64,000 bases of DNA, taken from contig CP086569.2 in assembly GCA_009914755.4 (NCBI GenBank), positions 20,832,001-20,896,000 of the forward strand, written 5' to 3'. Position 1 is the stretch's first letter; each line of letters starts with the position of its first letter. Shown piece by piece: positions 41,630 through 54,806 of this stretch. The notes beneath the pieces are model-generated. The model made no database searches, was not told the origin of the DNA, and saw only the letters and a list, made by a program, of their open reading frames with translations. Source of the stretch: the human T2T-CHM13v2.0 reference genome, Homo sapiens. The position numbers were made by a program, and so were the translations under genes.

Positions 41630-42960
41630 AAGAAATAGAAGGATCAAAACTATAGAAATAAGAGGTAATAAGAAATAAATAAAATTTTAGCAATTAAATA
41701 AAATGAATAGTCATAAGATAAAAAATAAATAGAAGTAAAATAAACAGGGCTATAATAAAATTAAAATGTAAAGATAAACAAAAATAAAATATGAATAAAG
41801 TAATAAAAATAAAACAGATAATATAAAGAAAAACAAAACTTTAAAAATAGGGAAGAAATGCAAACATAACAAAAGTGCAAAAAATGAAAAAAATTAAAAA
41901 CTAAAATGAAAATAAATAAAGAAGACTATAAATGGAGACATAATAGAAAATATAGTAAAAAATTAAAAAATGAATTAAATGCAGACAGAACAAAATGAGA
42001 TAATTGCAAATAAAATAGAAAATAATTAAGTTAGTATTCACAAATAAGTGAAAATAAAAATAAAATAAAAATAATCGAAAGGTAGTAAAACTAACTATAA
42101 ATTGAAAAAATAAATGGAAGAGAAAAAGCTAAACAAAAATAAATACAGTAAATATAAAAAACTAAAAAATAAATAAAAATGTAAAACAAGTGAGGAGAAT
42201 ATTTTTAAAAAATGAATTATAAGATGAATATGTGAGAATATAAAATAAATACTAATAGGATAAAATATACAAAAAATATAAAGAGAAATATGTAAAATTA
42301 ATGAAGATAATATGAGATAGAAGGTAGACATAACTTGAAGTATAATTAAATAAACATTTAATATAAAATAAGAGAAGTGAAAAGCTAAAGTTAAATGAAA
42401 AGTAGTTAGAAACATTTCATACATAATATAAATATATTAAATGAAGATAAATACGATAAAATTAATAATAAAATAAATAAAATATAAAATAAAATAAATA
42501 ATAAATGATGACTATAAAATTAAATTGGCTGTTTTGTAATAAGTGGAGGAATGAAAATAAAGGGAAACCAAATAAAATAAATTAAATAAAAAATAAATAA
42601 AATAAAAAAGAAATATAAGTAAAATAAAATATATATAAAAAGCAAAATAAAAGAAGAACAAAGGAAAAATCTAAAGAAAGAAACTAAAATCAGATAAAAA
42701 TGAGAGGTAAAATTGTAAAATGAAGTAAAAAATAATGTAAAGGGAAATAAAATGCAATTAAGGAAAATTAAGACATAAAAGTTAGACAATAATAAGTGAA
42801 ATAAACATAAAGGAGTGAAACAAATACAAATGCGATGAGAAAAAATCGAATATTCTTAACATAATTTTAAAAATAGAATATATGAAGAGAGAAACAAAAT
42901 AAAGAATAATTTAGAAATAATCATAATTTAAAATGAAGATAATAAAGAAAATAAAACTTT
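41630..42960. repeat. 1.3 kb A-rich imperfect simple-repeat tract of (AAAAT)n, (GAAAA)n and (ATAAA)n-like units
   Basis: Continuous text such as AAATAAATAAAATTTTAGCAATTAAATAAAATGAATAGTCATAAGATAAAAAATAAATAGAAGTAAAATAAACAGGGCTATAATAAAATTAAAATG. The minus-strand ORFs at 42095-42424 and 42520-42789 are F/L/I/Y-rich artefacts. It abuts the L1M 3' fragment at 42972. Confidence 0.85.
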
Positions 42961-42971
42961 ATAACAATTAC

Positions 42972-43566
42972 TTCTGGGAATGCAAGATGGTATGGTAATT
43001 TTGAAAAATAATTCAGCAGCTTCTTATAAAATTAAACCTGTACTTATTCCATGATCCAGGAATTTCAGTCCCAGATATTTACTAAAACAAATTGCAAACT
43101 AACGTTTAAACAATAATCTGTTTCTGAATGTTTATAGTCACTTTCTTTATAACTGTCAGAGGTGGAAGATTAACAGATATTCTTTAATAAGCAAATTAAT
43201 TAGAAAAAAAACCTGGTTCATTTGTACAATGAAATACCACATGTCAAAAAAGGAACTTGTTATGTATTTAAGTGGATCTTTCTAAGTTAGGGAGCTCAGA
43301 TTTAAAGACTGTACACTATATTATTCCATTTACATGACATAGCAAAAGGAAAATTATAGGAAGGGAAGATGAATAGTGGTTGCCCAAAGAAGGGATTGGG
43401 GAAGGAGTTGATTACAATGGGGAAGCATGAGACAATTTTTGACATGTTGTAAAACAGTTCTGTGTAGTAGTTTCGAGGTGAATATGTGACTGTAGACAGT
43501 TGTTAAAATCCACTTCATTGTGAACCACAATAAATAAATTTTTCTCTAGGTAATATTAAAAAAAAT
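42972..43566 (+). mobile_element. L1M-type LINE-1 3' end fragment, plus
   Basis: CTGGGAATGCAAGATGGTATGGTAATTTTGAAAAATAATTCAGCAGCTTCTTATAAAATTAAACCTGTACTTATTCCATGATCCAGGAATTTCAGTCCCAGATATTTACT ... GGGAAGGGAAGATGAATAGTGGTTGCCCAAAGAAGGGATTGGGGAAGGAG ... ends CCACAATAAATAAATTTTTCTCTAGGTAATATTAAAAAAAATT. It matches the canonical mammalian L1M 3' end. Confidence 0.85.
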
Positions 43567-44449
43567 TCACCAATATGTTGGAGAAACTAATGTAAAATAT
43601 AGATATTGAAAAATTTATTGAATTGTATTACGAAGTATGACATACTAATATTGAAGGGGTGGAGATGAAAGGTCCTAACTTAAGTAAGTTTAAAATAAAA
43701 AACAGTGTTTTTGTACAGTACTAAGAACTGTAAACAAACACTTTTTTTAGTATATATTAAAACACTTTTAAATATATATTAAAAAGTTAGCAATTCTGAG
43801 ACAATATTATGCTAGTAAGTAAATTATAGATAATTAGATTTGTTTCTCACTGTGTTTGAGGGGAAATAAAATATTAAAAAGAAAATACTAAAACCTTTTG
43901 ATGTTGGATTGTATTTGAAAATATTTGTAGAAACTTTTGTCACTCTTAATATATCTAGAAAAATGATAGATACAGATATAGATAAGTATGAAGAGCTGAG
44001 TTTATATTTACATGCACATTTCCTAACTCCATCAGCTGAGAGGGCCCAGAAGTAGTGGTACTCCAGTATTAGTGAGCACACCGTGATCTCACGTCTTGCT
44101 TTCTAAATTACATTATTTAATAAAATAAAATAGAAAATTTGGGGAAAATGGTTAATTACAGGGCTGTAAATGAAACATACCAAGTGAGTGTAGAATATCT
44201 TTTAGAGTTAGAAAGTTAGGAAATAACTTTAGCAGAAAAAAAAGACATATTAATAGGACCCAGACTTATAGGTCTCACAGTGGAGTAAGCTGGGGCAATG
44301 GCAGTGTTAGTAACAAAATAATTATAGTATTGAATAATTGTATAAACTAGAGACTAAATATCCATGAGTCCATATGGATATAAAAAGATTAAATAAGAAA
44401 AAAGAGAGAAATTAAAAACTGAAAGAAAAAAGAATGTGAAGAAGGAAAA

Positions 44450-47400
44450 ATAAAAGGAAGGGAAAAATGTTTTTGCCAGAATTTCATGTAATATATGTAG
44501 ATAGATAATGCAAAACAGAAAATCACCATTTGAGGAACACTACAGTAAGAATTACATTATCTCCAGGCCTGCCCCACAAGGGCTCCTGAAAGAAATCCTA
44601 AATATGTAGATTTAAAAATGGTGCTAGTCACATCAAAGACACACCAAAATATAAAGACCAATGATACTAGGAAGAAACTGCATTACCTAGTGTGAAAAAT
44701 AACAAAATAGTATCATTATGACAGGATCAAATTCACACATAACAATACTAAACTTAAATGTAAAATGGGCTAAATTCCCAATTAAAAGAGAAGACCCACA
44801 CTGGCAAATTTGATAGAATGAAGACCCATTGAAGTGTAGTATTCAGGAGATCCTTCTTATGTGCAAAGACACAAAAAGCTTCAAAATAATGGGATAAAGG
44901 AAAATTTAGCAAGCAAATGGAAAGCAAAAAAAGTAGGGGTTGCAATCCTAGTCTCTGACAAAACAGAGTTTAAATCAACAAATAATAAGAACAAAAAAAA
45001 CAAGGAAGGACATTACATAATGGTAAAGGGAATAATTCAACAAGAAGAGCTAACTATTCTGAATACATACACCCAATACAGGAGCAACCATATTCACAAA
45101 ACAAGTTCTTAGAAACATACAAAGAGACTCAGACTGCCACACAATAACAATGGGAGATTTTAACACCTCACTGTCAATATTAGACTGATTGATAAGCCAG
45201 AAAATTAACAATGACATTTAGGACATGAACTCAGCTCTGGATCAGGTGGACCCAGGAGAAATCTACAGAACTCTCTACCACAAATCAACAGAATATACAT
45301 TCTTCTCATTGCCACATGGCACTTATTCTAAAATCGACCACATAATTGGAAGTAAAACACTCTTCAGCAAATGCAAAAGAACTGAAATCATAACAAATAG
45401 TTTCTCAGACCACAGTGCAGTGAAATCACAGCTCTGGATTAGGAAACTCACTCAAAACCCCACAATTTCATGGACATTGAACAACCTGTTCCTGAATGAC
45501 TGCTGGTTAAATAATGAAATTAAGTCAGAAATCAAGAAGTTATTTGAAATGAATGAGAACAAAGAGACAACATACTGGAGTCTCTGAGACACAGCAGAAA
45601 TATCATTAAAAGGGAAGTTTATAGTACTAAATACCCACATCAGAGTGCTAGAAACATCTCAAACTGACAACCTAACACATATTTAGAAGAGGTAGAAAGT
45701 CAAGAGCAAACTAATCTAAAAGCTAATAGAAGACAAGAAATAACTAAGATCAGAGAAGAATTGAAGTAGATAGAGACACAGAAAACCCTTCAAAAAATCA
45801 ACAAATCCAGGAGGCGGCTTTTTGAAAAAAATTAACAAAATGGATAGATTACTAACTAGACTAATAAAAAGAATAGAGAGAAGAATTAAATAGTCACAAT
45901 GAAGAATAGTAAAAGGAATATTACTACTTACCCTAAAGAAATAAAAACTACCATCAGAGAATAGTATAAACACCTCTATGCAAGTAAACTAGAAAATATA
46001 GAAGAAATTGATAAATTCCTGGACATATGAACCCTGCAATTTACCAAGACTAAACCAAGAATTTGAATACCTGAATAGACGTATATCAAGCTCTGAAGTG
46101 GGGGCAGTAATTAATAGAATACTAACCAAAAAAAGCCAACCAACAGACAGAGCCATAGCTAATTCTACCAGCAATACAAAAAGGAGATGGTAGCATTCCT
46201 TCTAAAACAATTCAAAACCATTGAAATGGAGGGACTCCTTAACTCATTTTGTGAAGACAGCATCATCCTGATACTGAAATCAGGAAGAGACACACGCAAG
46301 GAAGAAAACTTCAAGCCAATATCCCTGATGCCATTATCCCTTCAAGCCAGTATCATTGAATAAAACTGACAAAACTAATCCAGCAGCACGTCGAAAAATT
46401 TATCCACCATGATGAGGTCAGCTTCATTCATGAGATGCAAGACTGGTTCAACATATGCAAATCAATAAACATAAGGCAACACATAAACAGAACTAAAGCT
46501 AAAAACCACATAATTATCTCAATAAATGCAGGAAAGGCCTTTGACAAAATTCAACATCTCTTCATGTTTAAAACTCTCAACAAACTAGGCATTAATGGAA
46601 AATATCTCAAATTAATAAGAGCTATTTATGACAAACCCACAGCCAATATCATATTGAATGGGTAAAAGTTAGAAGTATTCCTTTCAAAAAACAAGTACAA
46701 GACAAGAATGCCCTCTCTCACCTCTCGTATTCAAGATAGTATTGGAAGTTCTGGCCAGGGGAATCAGGCAAGAGAAAGAAATCAAGGGTATTCAAATAGG
46801 AAGAGAAGAAGTCAAGATGTGTCTGTTTGCAGAAAACTTTATTTTATATTTAGAAAACCATATCATCTCTGCCCAAAAAATTCTTGAACTGATAAGCAAT
46901 TTCAGCAAAGTCTAAGGACACAAAATGAATGTACAAAAATCACAAACATTCATTTCCAAGAACAATAGGCAAACAGAGAGCCAAATCATGACTAAACTCC
47001 TATTCACAGTTGCTACAAAGAGAGTACAATACCTAGAAATACAGCTAACAAGGATGTGAAAGACCTCTTCTGGGAGAACTACAAACCACTGTTCAAGGAA
47101 ATAAGAGAGGACACAAATAAATGGAAAAACATTCCATCCTTATTAATAAGAATAAACAATATCGTGAAAATGACCATACTGCCCAAAGTGATTTATGGAC
47201 TCAATGCTATTCCCATCAAACTACCATTGGCAATCTTCACACAATTATAAAAGGAAATTATTTTAAATTTCATATGGAATCAAAGAAGACTCCATAACAG
47301 TCAAGACAATCCTAAGCAAAAAGAACAAACTGGAAGCATCATGCTACATGACTTCAAACTCTACTAGAAGGTTACAGTAACAAAAACAGCATGGTACTTT

Positions 47401-48405
47401 AACCAAAACAGACATATAGAGCAATGGTTATTTGATCTAATTAAACTAAATTGCACAGCAAAAGAAACTATCATCAGAGTGAACAGGCAAACCACAGAAT
47501 GGGAGAAAAATTTTGCAATCTACCCATCTGACAAAGGTCTAATATCCAGAATTTATAAGGAACTTAAACATATTTAAAAGAAAAAACAAACTTCCACATC
47601 AAAAAAATGGGGAAAGGATATAAACAGACACTTCTCAAAAGAAGACATTTACACAGACAACAAACATATGAAAAAAAACTCAACTTCACTGATCATAGAG
47701 AAATGCAAACCAAAACCACAATGAGATACCATCTCATGCCAGTCAGAATGGTGATTGTTAAAACGTCAGGAAGCAATAGATGCTGGTGAGGCTGTGGTGA
47801 CATTGGAACTCCTTTACACTATTGGTAGGAATGTTAATTAGTTCAAACATTGTGGAAGACAGCATGGTGATTCCTCAAGAATCTAGAACCAGAAATATCA
47901 TTTCGCCCAGCATTCCCATTACTGGGTACATAAAGAAAGGAATATAAATCGTTCTATTATAAAGACACATGCACACAAATTTTTATTGCAGCACTATTTA
48001 ATACCAAAGACATGGAACCAACCCAAATACCCGTTAATGATAGACTGGATAAAGAAACTCTGGTACATGCACACCATGGAATACTATGCAACCATAAACA
48101 ATAATGAGATCATCTCCTTTGCATGGACGTGACTGAAGCTGAAAGCCGTCATCCTTAGCAAACTAACACAGGAACAGAAAACCAAACACTGCATGTTCTC
48201 ACTCATAAGTGGGATTTGAACATTGAAAACACATGGACACAGAGAGGAGACAACACACACCAGGGCCTGCTGGGGGCTGGGAGTTAGGGGAGGGAACTTA
48301 GATGATGAGTCAATAGGTGCAGCAAAGCATTATGGCACACATATCCCTATGTAAGAAACCTGCATGTTCTGCACAATTATCCTTTTTTTAAAGAAATAAA
48401 ACAAA
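44450..48405 (+). mobile_element. 5'-truncated LINE-1 (L1PA-older or L1PB, about 3.9 kb): ORF1 C-terminus, ORF2, 3' end
   Basis: CAGGCCTGCCCCACAAGGGCTCCTGAAAGAAATCCTAAATATG is the ORF1 C-terminus. The ORF2 EN domain reads MQRHKKLQNNGIKENLASKWKAKKVGVAILVSDKTEFKSTNNKNKKNKEGHYIMVKGIIQQEELTILNTY and ...[62 protein letters not shown]. The RT reads ...[75 protein letters not shown]. The 3' end is ...GAAATGCAAACCAAAACCACAATGAGATACCATCTCATGCCAGTCAGAATGG... Confidence 0.9.
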
Positions 48406-49379
48406 GTTGTTTCATCAGGTTTGTAAAATTTAACTAATAAGATAAAAATCTCATATATATTATAATAAATTTCATTAAGTTTTCTCAAAACAGCTATTTA
48501 ACATTCTCTGAAAGGGTATGCATCTCTACCTCTCTGAGATTGTTAAATGGCACTTTCAGTATGTTTTGTGAAGTGATTGTTTCCTACCCTGTCCTGATGC
48601 TTGCAGATGTTCACCTGTGCCTGTATGTTGAAAAATTTTAAGTATTTAACCTAATCTTTGTAGTCTGGGTTTATTTGTCCTTCTTGAGAAGGCTTTTTAC
48701 CTATTTAATAGTGATTAAGTGTTGTGATTTAAGTCTTTGCTCACTGCAGTCATATCTCCGTTGAAAGCAGTTTATTCCCAGGAGCAGTTTGCTATTTGCT
48801 GATTCATATAAGTAATGACTTGATGGTCTTAGATATGATATGGTAAAAATCTCTGAATTAGCATGTGGAGTCTCCTTATCACTTTTCTTAGTTTTCCGCA
48901 AACAAATGAGGTTTCTTTCTCCAGAATAAGCTGCCTGGAGTTGTAAGAGAGAGAACAAAACTTTCTCATAGCCACAATCATCAGAACTGTGCTTCTTCAC
49001 ACCTGAAGCTAGCACAGAATTGGGTCTTTCCCAAAGACTGTGGTAATTATTGCCTGACTGTTGATAATTATTAGTGATCCAGAGGTTATTTTAGCAGCAG
49101 CTAATATATCTTTCCTGGTCTGGTGTTTTCTTCCAGGGCAATGGGTTTCCTTCGGAAACAGTGTGGGTCTAGAAGTGCCATTCGGAAACCAGAGTGTGGA
49201 ATCAGAAACTTTCTGGATATTCTTGATGCTTCATTTTACTGTGGCAAAGTTGCTTTCCAAATTGCAATACGTAGTCCTCTTAACACTTTATTATCTTGTC
49301 CTCAAAAAGAGAAAGTAATTTTTGAACTTTTAAGCTGTCCTGCCTGGAATTGTGTGTGGGGTGACACAAACATTTTTTT

Positions 49380-50560
49380 GGACACCTAAGCTTGTGTCTC
49401 ACTGAATCAGATGCACTTTAATCTCACTGTCCCTGAGTCCAGAAAAGGTACCAGAATTTTCCCAGAAATTGCCATCTGTGTGGCCAAACTGCTTTCAAAT
49501 TTATTTGGGACTCTAGAGCATTTTAACTTTGGGGGCCAGCCACAACTCAGGTTCCAAATTTTGGGCTGAATAAGTCCCCCCTGGCTAGGGCTGATCTAAG
49601 TACTCCCTCCCTGGGCAGTGGCCAAATTCTGCCCTTGGAATTTCCTAGGTGGTAGGAGCATCTTTTGTTCTAAGGAGGTGCCTCTAAATGGGCTCCTGGA
49701 CAGCCTCAGGATGCAGGCTAGTTGATATGGAATGAATCATGAAGGTTGAACTTTCAGTCCCACCCCTGGACCTCCAAATAGGGGAGACAGGTTGAAGGTT
49801 GAGTTGATCACCAATGGCCAATGATGGGCCAATGGTCATGCCTACATAATAAAGCCTCCATAAAACTCCAGAGGACAAGGTTCATGGAGCTTCTGGATTG
49901 CTGAACACGTGGAGGTGATGGGAGGGCAGTACACTTGGAGAGGGCTTGGAAGCCCACCATAGAAATGCTTTTGTCCTTTATGCTTAAAGACATGTCTGCA
50001 GCTACACTGATAAAGGAAAAACTCCCAGTGTAGAAATTATTTGTCCTTTGTACAACCAGTAGGCTTACAAGAAATAGTCACTTCTCTTTTTGTGGCCATG
50101 TACATGGTAGGCTTTGTTGGGATACAGTGAGCACTTTTCCTTTCTTTTTTGGACAGGCTTTGACCTGTGAGCTAACCCTCTATAAATCATCAATCACTTC
50201 AGCCTCTGATTTGTCTTGGACCAAGGTCTTGGGCCAAGATTTCACTTCAGCTGCTAATTAGTCCCAGTCCAAGGTCCTGTACCAAGCTTTTTACTTCAGC
50301 CTCCTTGTTGGTCCCGGGCCAGGGTTCCCAACCAAGCTAAGTAATGCTTTCTCCAAGAACAGTCAGCACATTGCTTCTCTTCCCAGTCCATAAAAACCCT
50401 GGGCCTATCCTCATAGTGGCAACTCTTTTCTGAGTCCTCTCTCTGCTGTGGAGACATTTTTTTATTTTGCTTATTAAACTTTTATTCCAACCTCACCCTT
50501 TGTCTCTATGCTTCTTAATTCTCTTGGTCATGAGACAAAGAACTCCAAGTGGTACCTCAC
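49380..50560 (+). mobile_element. Unclassified LTR-like element (candidate solo LTR)
   Basis: Three tandem copies of about 48 bp at 50190-50340 (ACTTCAGCCTCTGATTTGTCTTGGACCAAGGTCTTGGGCCAAGATTTC / ACTTCAGCTGCTAATTAGTCCCAGTCCAAGGTCCTGTACCAAGCTTTTT / ACTTCAGCCTCCTTGTTGGTCCCGGGCCAGGGTTCCCAACCAAGCTAAG). A TATA-like CCATAAAAACC. A poly-A signal ATTAAAC in CTGTGGAGACATTTTTTTATTTTGCTTATTAAACTTTTATTCC. I cannot assign a family. Confidence 0.35.
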
Positions 50561-51049
50561 AATGAGACTGCTACATTGTGGTGCATTGTTGAGACTATAA
50601 CACTATCATCATAGTCCTCAGCAATACTTTACTTTTCAAAATAATGGACTCTCTTATGTGTGTCTTGTAGGACTCTACTAGTTGTGATAAACATCTTCAG
50701 AATTTGTTTTCAATTCTGGAACTTTTTTTTTTTTTATTTTGAAGTAAAACATTTCCAGATGAATTAGCTTTGTTTGGTAGAATTTTTTGTTTTATCACAT
50801 TGAAATTTGGGATATTTTTAGCTTTTTTTTATACAAATAATCTGTCTGCCACTCCTAAATATATCTAGTCAATAATGTCTAATAAATGTCATATTTTATT
50901 TTTTTGATATTTTAAAAATATTTTAAAAATATTTTTTGTGTTTATGAATCAATACGTCTTTAATTTCGTGATGATTTTGTTACCAGGAATTCTGCATTGC
51001 AATGGTTCCCTGAACTATGGACATAAACAGAGTCAGAGCTCTTAATGAA

Positions 51050-51740
51050 TAATCTTAGTTCTTGTGACAGTGAGCAAATAATTGCAAAATAACATCAAAA
51101 TACAAGTTTAAAAAATGTTTATTGAAGCACAGTAACACACTCCCAGAAAGACAGTGGAGTAATTTCTGTGAAATGAAATTATCCTCTCTTTACACAACTC
51201 GGTCTTTCATGGAGGTTTTGGAGGGAGGAGTTGAGGTTTGGGCTGTGTCTGAGTGACAAAATAGTGTTATTTGTTTAGCAGTTAATGGATATTTAGCTAA
51301 AATTAAACTATGACTGTTCTTAACCCTAATTCATTAAGAAAAGCACACTGAGTGAAGGGCAGTAAATCCCCATGTAATTTTTATTATAATAAGAGCATGG
51401 TGGGCTCAGTTTTAATTTGAGGACACAGTTCTGTGTTACTGGGCATGTGGCACTTTAGGTTATTTCCACCTGTGCACTAGTTTGTCCTGTTCCAGGCTGT
51501 GCTGGCCAGACCTTACCACAATCTCCATCCATTAAGTTTGAGTTAGAACAGCTCTGGGGCTAAACTTAAGTGGGTCATGGGCTGTCTTCGTGACATCCTT
51601 TCTGCTCTCTTTTCTAACTGCCTTGCTGATGCTAATATCTAACTACCTAATATTTTACCTTCAAGAGTAAAGGACCCAAATCTTTGATAGATGTGTAACA
51701 ATCAATCTGGTTACTTCCTGATGACAAGGACCAGTGGTAT
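51050..51740 (-). mobile_element. Candidate 3' LTR (minus) of the provirus containing env remnant A
   Basis: Lies immediately 3' of env-A on the minus strand. The minus-strand poly-A signal reads CTTCAATAAACATTTTTTAAAC (plus-strand coordinates about 51105-51120). Boundaries are not established. Confidence 0.25.
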
Positions 51741-51766
51741 TAGTTAAGTCCTCTCTCTCACTTTCT

Positions 51767-52442
51767 TTAAGCTAGAAGGTTGAACATAAGATAATGATAC
51801 ATGCCCAAAGAGTTCAGGTAGATTTCAATGTGGTTGGAAGCTCCTGGTATCTTTGTTGTACAATTATTTGAAGTTTTATGGATTATAAATAACAAGAAAT
51901 GAAATGTACACAAATGGCAAATAAACATGGACCAAAAAGGAGAAGTAAAATAGTTACCAGGTGTCCTTCCAGTAGAAGAAACCAAGATATAAAAGGCAAA
52001 TAACCCTTTACATTTGTCCATATAGGGTTTGATTGATTCGTGCTTGCTGTTTTGAGTCATGTAGCCACTTCAAGGACTCTATTGGCTTCTTTGGAAGAGT
52101 TGATATGAAAAAAACAGGAGGTATTGGCCAGGGCACAAAGTCCCCCTTGTTTGTCCAAAAGATAATCTAAGGCACTACGACAGTCTGCCACCTGAGCTGC
52201 CAAGGAGTCAAGGGATGTTTGTAAGGCTTAAAACCCTTGCCTGTATTTTCAGCATTATATTGTAAGTAGGTGGACACATCTCGTATAGTATGGGCATTAT
52301 AGGCTATGCCTCCTGCTAAACCCCCAAGGGCACTTACTGAAGTACTAATTCCCAGTGCTATTAGCCAAGGTCCTTTTTTATTTCTGTGATGGTTGAGACT
52401 GGGGGGAGTAAGGTTAGTATACATTTGGATGGTGTTTGGCAC
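51767..52442 (-). pseudogene. Gamma-retrovirus-type ERV env remnant A: SU/TM cleavage site, fusion peptide, immunosuppressive domain and membrane span of the TM subunit
   Basis: The minus ORF at 52167-52442 reads ...HHRNKKGPWLIALGISTSVSALGGLAGGIAYNAHTIRDVSTYLQ, a furin-like RNKK followed by a hydrophobic fusion peptide (compare syncytin AVWLVSALAMGAGVAGGITGS). The next frame reads ALQTSLDSLAAQVADCRSALDYLLDKQGGLCALANTTCFFHINSSKEANRVLE (compare MLV [35 protein letters not shown]). Then ...KCKGLFAFYILVSSTGRTPGNYFTSPFGPCLFAICV (compare [35 protein letters not shown]). It carries stops and frameshifts. Confidence 0.7.
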
Positions 52443-53749
52443 ATTTGTTACCCAAGTTAAGGAGTAGGTTCACCTGATTGCTGATTGGTCCAAGCTGCTT
52501 AGTCCTCATAGCTTGCATTTTTTTAAAATCTGCATTCAAACCATAATATTTGAAAAGCAGAGATAGTTGCATGGTTTCTGAGAATGAGTTTGATAATGTT
52601 GCGGAGTAAACAATTGTTAATCATATTACTTTCTGATACCAAAGGTCCCCAGGATGCCCTGGTCCATTTATAAGCCTTACCTAGGAATACCAGTTTGTGA
52701 GTATTCCACCTATCACATTAGCTCATATGTACTCGATGGCATGACTAACTGCTTAAGTTTTGTTATATTTGCATGTTTTCATTATCCTAGATTCATTTAA
52801 CCTTTAGTATGTAAAGGCCCTTGGTTTACAGTCTTAAGTAGCTGAGAGCAAATTTAATAAAGCCTTGAGTGGAAGAGTCTCAATTTTGACTTTTGGGATG
52901 TTCAGTAGCCATTTGACTTGGAAAATCTGTTTTTTTTAAATCAACAATAATAATATATTTGAGGACTCAGGAATATAACAGTCTTCAAAAAGACCGTGAA
53001 TACTGGTGGGGGCTGTTGTTCCAGAGATGACAATATAAAGATTTTTTTAAAGCTGTTAATGGTTTAATCATTCTTTACTCAGACTTTATCTTCTACCTCC
53101 AGACCTCAATGTTTCAGTAATTCATGATGTTATCACTGACTGTATGTCACTTATTTTCCCATACAGTATAAAATTGAGTCTATCATTAACCTATCTGAAA
53201 TCTGAATAATGTGAACGCCCCAGGTAGGCACAAGGAAGAAACAGGTGAAGTCTGTGGTTTTAACCTTCCAAGGTGCAACCTTCTCCTTTTTTTATTAGTT
53301 CCTGGGCTCCAAATAGAACTTAACTACCACCTCTCATTACCTGGAGTAGCTGGTCAGTAGATTCGTATCTTTCCCTTTCAAAATATAGTGGTGAATCTTC
53401 CATCTTTAAGCTGTCTTTTGGAAATGTCTCTGGGCCACAGTTTGTTCCTCTGAATAGAGGAATGGGAAATACATTTACCTCGCACAGTTTTTCTTGGGAC
53501 TAAATGGGCTAAAACATGGCATGTAAGCCTGCTTTTGTGTAAGCCTGGTTTTGTGAAACAGGCTGCTTGGTGTGCTGCAGTTGTTCTTGTTTGTTTGTTT
53601 TGCCTCTCACATAAGAAGCTATCTGATTTATACACCTATTACTTATGTTCCTATATGTTTAAAAAACACATAGAAAGACAACAGTTTTTTAAACATGTGT
53701 AAGGAGGTTTATATTCCTTCTAGCTAGTCTTTGTCTTCAACACAGACAA

Positions 53750-54520
53750 AAAAGAGAACTCTGGGAGTTACTGGTGGAGGATCTGGATTACAAGTCATAT
53801 AGGTTATTGGCATTTTGAACAAATAATTGTGCAAAATGCACAGAGAAAGCTAAACAAGAATAAACCAATCAAAGCATAGCTTTATTGAAATGAAAGTAAA
53901 CTCCAAAGAGTGGGTGTGGGCTCAAATAAGTGGCTCAAGAGAACTGATTATAGAGTTTTCTGGGGTTTAAATGCCTTCCAGAGATTTCCCATTGGTTACT
54001 TGATTTACACCCTATGTAAAGAAAGTAGAGACTCTTGACTGTCTGATTGGTTGTGAAAGGGGCCAATCAGTGGCTGAATTGAAGTTACAAAGTTATACCA
54101 TATGCAAATGTATGATTGGTTGTCAGAGGGATCTTAACAGAGGCAAAAGTGAAGGTAGAAAGTTTCACCCCTGTAAAAATGAGGACTAGACCCATGACTA
54201 GTCTGATGGTGATGGAAAGTTACAAAATCAGAGGACCTTACCATTTTTTATCATGCCACAGAAATGGAGGGTGGTTGCAAGGGTACTAGCTTTTTATCTT
54301 TTTGTTCCTTGGGCATAGAGAGTTGGGGCTTTCTTTTAATTTAATGCTAGTAAGTCAGCACAAGTTGGCCTTAGATTCCCTGCTTCCAGACTCTATTCTC
54401 CTACTTCATTTCTCCCCCGAGTGATGTTTTCCCCTTAAATGTTTACAGAAGGCTGAGGGGACCAATGGTCCTTCTTCTGTAACTGCTTTATGCAGACTTG
54501 GAGTGCAGTGCCTACTTACT
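53750..54520 (-). mobile_element. Candidate LTR (minus) 3' of env remnant B; contains ATTGG/CCAAT boxes
   Basis: CTGATTGGTTGTGAAAGGGGCCAATCAGTGGCTGAATTG and TATGATTGGTTGTCAGAGG at about 54030-54130. Located directly 3' of env-B on the minus strand. Boundaries and family are unresolved. Confidence 0.25.
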
Positions 54521-54806
54521 GGGTACCACAGAACCCTTGTCTTGCTTTGTCTAATGGAGACAGGGTAGCTTCTTAATGGCCAGGGATGGTGTCTTTACCG
54601 GGAAATGGCTGAAAATATTGTCACATAAGATGATTGATGGTTTCTAGCCAGGAGAAAATAAATTTGGCTAAGAGATTTAAAAAACATAGCCCCCAAACCA
54701 AGGCAAGAATAATCATTAATAATGGACTGGCCAAGGGAAGGAGACATGAACCCCAACTTGACATGTATGACCAGGAGCCCATGACTTGTATAGCTGTTAT
54801 TGTATC

